Assembly (NCBI GenBank): GCA_964016885.1
Contig: OZ024746.1
Coordinates: 73,222,001 to 73,286,000, forward strand
Reading direction: 5' to 3'
From: Eledone cirrhosa
Taxonomy: Eukaryota
Length of the DNA stretch: 64,000 nt
Position numbers and translations under genes: made by a program. Below are positions 56,639 to 64,000 of the stretch, piece by piece; position 1 is the first letter of the stretch; each line of letters starts with the position of its first letter. The notes beneath the pieces were generated by a model that made no database searches, was not told the origin of the DNA, and was given only the letters and a program-made list of their open reading frames with translations.

Positions 56639-57242
56639 TGGCTGCCAACTCGTTTTCGAGTACGGCCACTACTTTATATCCATGTAGGAGAACCCCTACC
56701 GATGCGCTGAACGAGTGTGACTTTTTAGTCCAGCCAGCGACTTGAAAACTCTGGTACAAACACGACACTTGTGACAATTATTGACACACAGTGCTTTGCC
56801 TTTGGTACCATGTGACGACAAGTGCAGAGAGATCTCCATATACAAAGCAATGCCTGTGCCGTGAAGCTTTTATAGTGAGCAAAGGCACTGCACAAAGCCA
56901 GTCCCACTCTCTTAACCAAGATGATATTTACCAAAAAGAAGAACAAGTCAACATCATTGGATAACATCAGGGTTGCAGGTGTTATATCAGAGTTTTCCTT
57001 CTCCTAGAATTCTGCCTTGACAAAGGCTAAGGGGTCATCTCTCCCAGTGATTTTGGATGGCCATTGACTCTTAAGAGCTCCTTTGCCCTTTGACAGGTTT
57101 TGTTTTTAGTCCTGCAGGATGTCCAAAGTCACCCTCCTCACCAAGAAACCTTGGTGGGGTTGCCAGTTTAGTCGCCAACGACCCGACCATGAGACAGGTT
57201 GTACTGGGATACATGTTACCAGTAGCACCAAGTGGTGACCTG

Positions 57243-57245
<3 letters not shown>
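56637..57245 (-). mobile_element. Non-autonomous RTE-derived element with full 5' leader
   Basis: Reverse complement of 36425-36838 plus ~200 bp of leader shared with 18340-18490. Confidence 0.8.
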
Positions 57246-57303
<58 letters not shown>

Positions 57304-57898
57304 CAAAGTTATCTCGAATATTGAGGTTAAAGCACGAGTGCATTTGAATTCGTAGAATAATGGGAGAGAACTCAACGCAAGGAAGCTGTTAAAACATCAG
57401 AATGCCCGTCAGTGACAGCGTCGGGTAAGATTTACCTCAAACGATAGAAATCACCGGCTAGATGTGTGGTGGTCCGCACAAGTGATAGGAAGAAAGAAGA
57501 AGAGGGAGAAAATGGACGAGAGAAGATGACACAAACATTTAAATACACTCATCAGCTTTTAGATTTTAACATATGTCTCATCTTCTGAGTGTGCCTTTCA
57601 CCTTCAGTTTCCTACACCCACGAAAACCGTTTTTGTTGTTTATGTATATTATATATTACGTATGTTTATATATATATAAATTTCAATACTTATATATATA
57701 TATAAATATATTGTTATGCTTTGGGAGGGTCATGTTGCCAATAAGAAACACACGCACCAGTTGCTTTCACTCCAATTTATTATAAATTAAATGTGTGTGT
57801 GTGTGTGTGTATTTCTCCATGAAGTACTATTCAACTATTCAACTATTATTTATAGTGATTTACTATTATTATAGTCATCAGTGTTGGGACTACTACTA

Positions 57899-57973
<75 letters not shown>

Positions 57974-58994
57974 AATTGAACTTCTCTCACGGTAGAGTTT
58001 TCGCCTTTATCTGTTAGAAGTATGGTTCTATGTTGGGCGTAAGCTCATTCTCTTGTTTACAAAACTTTTATAATAAATTTAATCAACAATTACATGGTCA
58101 ATCAATTCTGTATTTATTCCCTTATTTCAATTACAAAGGCGTTCAAGTTTTTTATGATTCATCAATGTAATTTAAGATTTTATTTGTGTATTTATGAAAA
58201 TTCAGGCTAGAGCGGAAAGTGTTCGTTTCAAAGAATGCGTTTAGTTATTTGAAGTCATTGTGTTGTGATAGAAAGCAGATCGATTTGGGGGAGAATAATA
58301 TTGTAAAGAATATCTTTATTTTGGCTGTTCTTTTCCGCCCAAGCATAATGGAAAAAAGAACTGTATCTTAGATTTACCAATATATACTGTGTCATACATA
58401 AATATTTATTATTCAATTAATTACGCTGCCAGCGAATACAAATTACGTAAATTAAACTGTCTAGCAAAGCTAAACTCGGCGGTATTTGAACTCAGAAGTA
58501 AAGAGCTGTAACTCTATGCTGTAAAGTTGTAATTTGTGTTTGACTATAATAGGGATTTATTAGGAATTCTTTTCGTATACGGTTTTTTATAAGTTATCCC
58601 AACATTAAAGTTATCTTAGATTTTCTGATACATGCAGTTTGGCGTTTAAATATCTATTATATTATCATACGTTTTAAAAGTAGATTTGTACTTTATCATT
58701 GTTTTAAACCTATTGCAAGATGTTACAAGAAAATGTGTCAGTTAGCAAATGATCAGATTTCAGAATCACTTAAGCAGTATAAACAAGTGTGACTGTCCGT
58801 TAACTTCACGAGGCGTGGAGCTCGGTGCCGTTAAATAAGAAAATTCTCTTTAATTCTTCATTGCTCGACCTAAATGTGGGGCCTATTCTCAAATAATAGC
58901 AAGGATTGTATGTGCGCATATATTAGACCTCCTTGGGTTCCGACGACACTTGTTCCAGTTGTTTGATCCACAGCCTTCTTGTGGCTGAGCATTT

Positions 58995-59180
58995 CACAGA
59001 CACGTGTACCCTCTACCTGACAAATTGTGTGACATGGCTGGCCTATTTGAATTACAGGTACAACTCATTTTTGTCAACTGAGTAAACAAGAGCAACATAA
59101 AATAAACTGTTTTGCTCAAAGACAAAACACACAAAACACCGCCGGGAATCGAACTTACGATCACTAAACCACACGCCCTC
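58995..59180 (-). mobile_element. Old CORE-type SINE
   Basis: Minus strand aagttcgattcccgg..tgtctttgagcaaaacag..tttactcagttgacaaaaatgagt. Confidence 0.6.
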
Positions 59181-59791
59181 AAAATGGAGTATATACATTT
59201 AAGTGAATTAACCATGGACCCGCCTCAGATCTAATGGCATGATACGAACTATCGACACTTCAGTAAACGATCTGATAGGGATTCTCAATCAGATATTATC
59301 ATTATATTGTCTGATTCCTTCCACTCTTTTGTTTCCATAACATTCAAAATTAACGAAGTATTATTGGTTTTTCATTTGATCCTAAAATCAACTGTGTCAC
59401 TTTGAAGAAAATTAACCCAGCAATTTTAGGATGCATCAAAATTTATAACTGAACATTAGCGGAATGTTTGAAGAAAACAGAAATGTAATGCAAGCATCTT
59501 TATTTTAATTTCAAACTACATAAAATATAATAGAGAAGAGATTTTTTGAAAAGTGAATCTATATAATTGGATAAAGATTTATGAAATAATAATTCAAAAG
59601 CTTAAAAGAGATCATCTACCAAAATACAGATGACACCAACGAGTCTTTTATAAAATTGTAATGAATTTTATGTTGAGTGCATTATGAGGATTCAAAATTA
59701 CAAAGGATGGATTTTACAAGAATATAATTTGCAGCACTTTTCGTTATCACAAAGATGAGTTTTAAAAAAACACTATTAGTTTTGTAATATA

Positions 59792-59983
59792 ATAATTGTT
59801 TCTACTTTAGGCACAAGGCCAGCAATTATTCCAGTGTATTACTGGTACTTTATTTTATCGACCCCGTAAGGATGAAAGGCAAAGTTAACCTCGGCGGGAT
59901 TTTAACTCAGACCACAAAGGACCGTAACTCTATGCTGCAAAGCATGGCGTCCGACCCTCTACCGATACTGCCAAACCACCGCC
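59792..59983 (-). mobile_element. Family A SINE with 17-bp TSD
   Basis: AGTTTTGTAATATAATA at 59778-59794 and 59984-60000. Confidence 0.92.
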
Positions 59984-60077
59984 AGTTTTGTAATATAATA
60001 GTTTTTGTATATATATATATAAGGAAAAAAGATGAAATCGAAAATGCAACTGGAGTCTTTTTTTTTAAATATATATT

Positions 60078-60126
<49 letters not shown>

Positions 60127-60325
60127 TAAAAAAATAATGAATAAAACAATGAAACAGTTCCTTATATTAAACAAAAAAAGTTCATTATTTAACGATCGTT
60201 TCTAGGATATATATGTGTTAGAATTGGCATGCATATTCAACAGATCTATGTACAAAATTATACAAAATTATACAAACTATCAAAATTAAATATACATACC
60301 AACACATATATATGCCGTCTTCAGA

Positions 60326-60356
<31 letters not shown>

Positions 60357-60360
<4 letters not shown>

Positions 60361-62710
60361 GAAAAATTTGAACAGGGACAGAACAGAGAGGCAGTACAAT
60401 AAATGTTTATTAAATTCACGCTCAGGAGAGTGGGGGGTAGGTGGGGGACGACGTTTCGGGCATAAGCCCTTCATCAGGTGAGAAGTGTGTGGGAACAGAG
60501 TTCAAAAGGTGTGTAGGGGAGTGGTGGAGAGACATATAGCGAAAGGAAACGGTGCGAATGAAAAATTAACAAATAAAGATAAAAAATATAAAAAATAAAA
60601 ATAAAGCATGATCAAAATACAAGGAATGAGAAAATTTAAAAATAAAGGCATGATCAAAATAAACTGAAATTAAAAGGGGGGTAAACAGGTGGTGGAAGGG
60701 TGTGGGGTGAGTAGGGGTGGTGGCGGGTGGAGTGGGGAGAGGGAGACGGGGTGTCCGAGCGGGGAGGGCTGAAGGTGGTGTGTGTGTGTAGGTGTGCGTG
60801 TGTGTGTGTGTGTATGTGAAAGTGAGGGTTGGGGGAAGAACGGGGTTGCATGTTCAGGAAGAGGTGTGTGTGTGGGAGGGTGTCTGTGCGTGTGTGGATA
60901 GGGGGGGTGGGGGGAGAGGAATCAGGAGGCTGAGGGTGTAAATATGTGGTGGGAAGCACGTGTGTGTGGGGTTTAAGCGTGTTGTAGGTGTGGGTGGCGT
61001 GTGGAGAAAAAAACATTTTTGGGGTGTGTGTGTGGGTGAGTTATATAGGTGATGGCGTAAGAGGATGGTTGAAAAGTTGGTAAGTTCCACGGATGTTTGG
61101 AGATTTGGTTATAAGTCAATTTCGCGTGTGGGTAATCCAAGAAGCGGTGGTCGGAAGAGGAGAGATGTGGGGTGCGCGCGCAACAGGAAGTGGTCAGCAG
61201 TGGGAGTGCTGTGGTCAGTTGGTGCTGGGAGGTGGTCGAAAGGGCATAGCAGCAGTCGGTGGAAGGTAGGGAGGCGAGGATGGGTAGGTGTGAGAGTTGG
61301 AGTGAGGAGGGTGTGTGTGTGTGTGTGTATTAGTAGGGGTGTTAGTGGGATGAGTGAGTGTGGAGCGGGGGTGTGGGTGGAGCGGGGAGAGAAGGGTGTG
61401 TGTGTGGTTCTATGGAGGGAGTGTGGTGTACTGGTGTGTGTGTAGTTTGGTGAAGAGGTGTTAGTGGGTGTTAGTATACGGGAGGTGGGGAGGGGTGGAA
61501 TGCAGGTGTGAGTGGGGGTTAGTGGGGGTAGGGTGTGTAGAGTTGGTGGTGTACGAGGGTGTGTGGGTACGTGTGCGTGGGGTTGGGGGGTGTTAGTGAT
61601 GTTAGTTGCGTGTGGGGTGGGTGGTGTAAGTGGGTGCGTGTGTGCGTGTGATAAGGAGGGGGGAGGAGAAGAGGGGAGGGAAGGGATGTTAGTATGTTAG
61701 TTGGGGAAGGGTGGTCAGATGAGGGGTGGAGTGGAGGTGTTAGTATTGTTAGTGTGGGGTGGGCGGTGAAAAGGAGGGGTGTGTTAGTGGTGTTAGTGGG
61801 GGGTAAGTGTGGGGGGAGGGGGGCGGTCGAACGCTAAAGGAATAAGGGTGGGGAGTTCAGGCCGGGGGGAGTGTGGGTTTGTAAGATGAAGATAGTGCGT
61901 TGTTCGACCGTAAGGCGATGGGCAGGTGTTCCGTGGCACTGGAGTAGGCCACAGACTGTGAGATGGCGTGCGGAGTGTCCAGGGCCACCAAAGTGGCGGG
62001 CGATGGGGGAACTGCCCCCGAGACGAATATCCCGGAGGTGCTCCGTGACTCGGTCCGCCAGGCGACGTCCCGTCTGTCCGACATTAGTCGCGAAGTCCGT
62101 AGACTAGGTTGGAGGAGGTGCAGCGGAAGGCATGCCGGACCGAGAGAGAGTGGCCGTTGGGACCCTGGAAGGTGGTGGTGTTGGTGATGTGGGGACAGGT
62201 GTTGCAACGGGGCCTAGAACAGGGGAAGGAACCGGGGGGGGGAACCAGAGCGTGGGTGGGGGTGGGGAGCTGTGGACGAGGAGGGTGCGGAGATTGCGTG
62301 CGCGTTTGAAGGAGGCGAGTGGTGGGGTTGGGAAGATGTGGGAGGTGGAGGGGTCGGACTGGCGGCGTCGGAAGAGGCGGCGGATGGTGCGGTGGAGGGG
62401 TAAGGTGGAGGGGTGGTAGGTGATGGGGAAGGGGAGACGGTGGGTGGGTGTGCGGTGGCGTGGGGTGAGGGTGGTGGAGCGGGAGATAGCACGGGCGCGG
62501 GTGAGAGCGGTGTAGACGAGAGAGGGGGGTAACCTCTGCGGATGAAATGGCTGACTAGGGAAAGGGCCTGGGACTCGAAATCAGCATCACGGCTACAGAG
62601 GCGGCGGATCCTGAGAAGTTGGGAGTAGGGAATGGAGAGTTTAGTGTGGGTGGGGTGGGAAGAGGTGAAGTCGAGGTAAGAGTGGGAGTCGGTGGGTTTG
62701 AAGAAGGCGG
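60357..62710 (-). mobile_element. Penelope-like retroelement, Neptune type, 5'-truncated (RT thumb, Cys linker, GIY-YIG, long low-complexity 3' UTR, hammerhead)
   Basis: KPTDSHSYLDFTSSHPTHTKLSIPYSQLLRIRRLCS; FPCSRPRCNTCPH..CTSSNLVY; VGQTGRRLADRVTEHLRDIR..ARHF..VEQRTIFILQTHTPPGLN* (stop ~61834); (TA)n on both sides. Confidence 0.92.
60446..60480 (-). ncRNA. Minimal hammerhead ribozyme in the PLE 3' end
   Basis: Minus strand AC-CTGATGA-A-GGGC-TTAT-GCCC-GAAA-C-GTC-GT; palindrome ACGT; AATAAA about 35 nt downstream. Confidence 0.85.
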
Positions 62711-62746
62711 AGATATATATATATAAAATAAATATATATTTAAAAA

Positions 62747-63010
62747 TCAGTACAAATCTTGAGAAGCTGGGCTTCACAAACAGAAACCGCATGTACAGAT
62801 ACAATGCATATGCACATGCACACATATAACTCAAAACATACACATCACCACATAGATTAACATCCATACCTGAACACATATGCATGCAGACATGCATACA
62901 TATCTACCTAGTTGATGTTGTCTAAATTCCAATGAGAGAGTCTTGTATCTATGTTAGAAACCAACTCTCTCTTTATTGGTAAACATTTATAAAATCATAA
63001 AACCAGAAGA

Positions 63011-63041
<31 letters not shown>

Positions 63042-63057
63042 ACCCCCCCCCCCCCCC

Positions 63058-63111
<54 letters not shown>

Positions 63112-63402
63112 GGGGTTGTGCGTGTGTGTGTGTGTGTGTTCTTCTGGTTTTATGATTTTATAAATGTTTACCAATAAAGAGAGATTGGTTTCTAACATAG
63201 ATACAAGACTCTCTCATTGGAATTTAGACAACATCAACTAGGTAGATATGTATGCATGTCTGCATGCATATGTGTGCAGGTATGGATGTTAATCTATGTG
63301 GTGATGTGTATGTTTTGAATTATATGTGTGCATGTGCATATGCATTGTATCTGTACATGCGGTTTCTGTTTGTGAAGCCCAGCTTCTCAAGATTTGTACT
63401 GA
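62747..63402. repeat. Long fold-back inverted repeat centred on (TA)n (arms ~62747-63060 and ~63109-63402)
   Basis: tcagtacaaatcttgagaagc...aacccc-(TA)n-ggggtt...gcttctcaagatttgtactga; arms derive from RLE family D. Confidence 0.95.
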
Positions 63403-64000
63403 GGCAATTACTAGCATATCCCAGTGTCCCAATAATCACAGGTATAAATCTGAAGGTATAGTCAGGGTGTAGTGTCTGTAGATTTCTCATTAGTTCTGCA
63501 TAGATATTCTCCTTTTCGCTGATCTTTAATATTATACAGCAAATTCCAGACTGGAATTTTTTGTCGAAACGGCAAGAGCTCGGCTGTCAGGCCCCGATTC
63601 TCTAATATATTCGCACTCTTCTATTCCAAGTATCGAGTCCTCTGTTGGATAATGGTCTTACTGGTTTAAAACTGGTTATTCTGATATATATGTATATCAT
63701 AGAGTCTGGAACAGCTGTTGAAACAGCAAGAGCTCAGCCGTCGGGTCCCGACTCTTTATAATATATATATGTGCTAGAAAAGCACCCAGCATAGCATGTC
63801 GTCAATTTCTCATGCATTACAAGTCTTTATTATCAAAATGGTTTAAGCTTAGTCGTCGGGCCAAGAATTCCTAAAACCGCACACATACACAATATACACA
63901 TAGACACAGAGACACAAGCTGGCATATACAAACATGCGCACATACCACAACACAAATATAGATAAAACACAAGCCAGATCCCTTTCCCACACATACGTGC

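Noticed and set aside
57820-57880. Minus strand CTGATGA with AT-rich hairpin and GAAT-AGTACT
   Set aside because: Too degenerate and AT-rich to separate from chance

Overview
AT-rich eukaryotic, repeat-saturated window with no confidently identifiable host gene. The SINE types and the density of (TA)n/(CA)n/(GA)n microsatellites look like an octopus or other coleoid cephalopod genome (inference). Almost all ORFs in the track are microsatellite artefacts. Real content: about 14 copies of a tRNA-headed SINE (several with target-site duplications), CORE-type SINEs, decayed RTE, R4/Dong (RLE) and Tx1-like LINEs, one internally deleted mariner with intact TIRs, and several Penelope-like element (PLE) remnants, including a Neptune-type RT-thumb/Zn/GIY-YIG copy at 60.4-62.7 kb. 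The main hidden signal is about 20 complete, partial or mutated type-I hammerhead ribozyme motifs (CTGAnGA-stem II-GAAA-mostly palindromic stem III-NUH). They belong to many unrelated short modules, most of which sit in (TA)n tracts and many of which are followed by AATAAA. Roughly ten fold-back (inverted) duplications occur in the same setting. This looks like a TA-microsatellite-targeted, ribozyme-bearing PLE pseudo-LTR/retrozyme-like system with fold-back copying at insertion ends. All folds and alignments were done by eye and coordinates may be off by a few bases.
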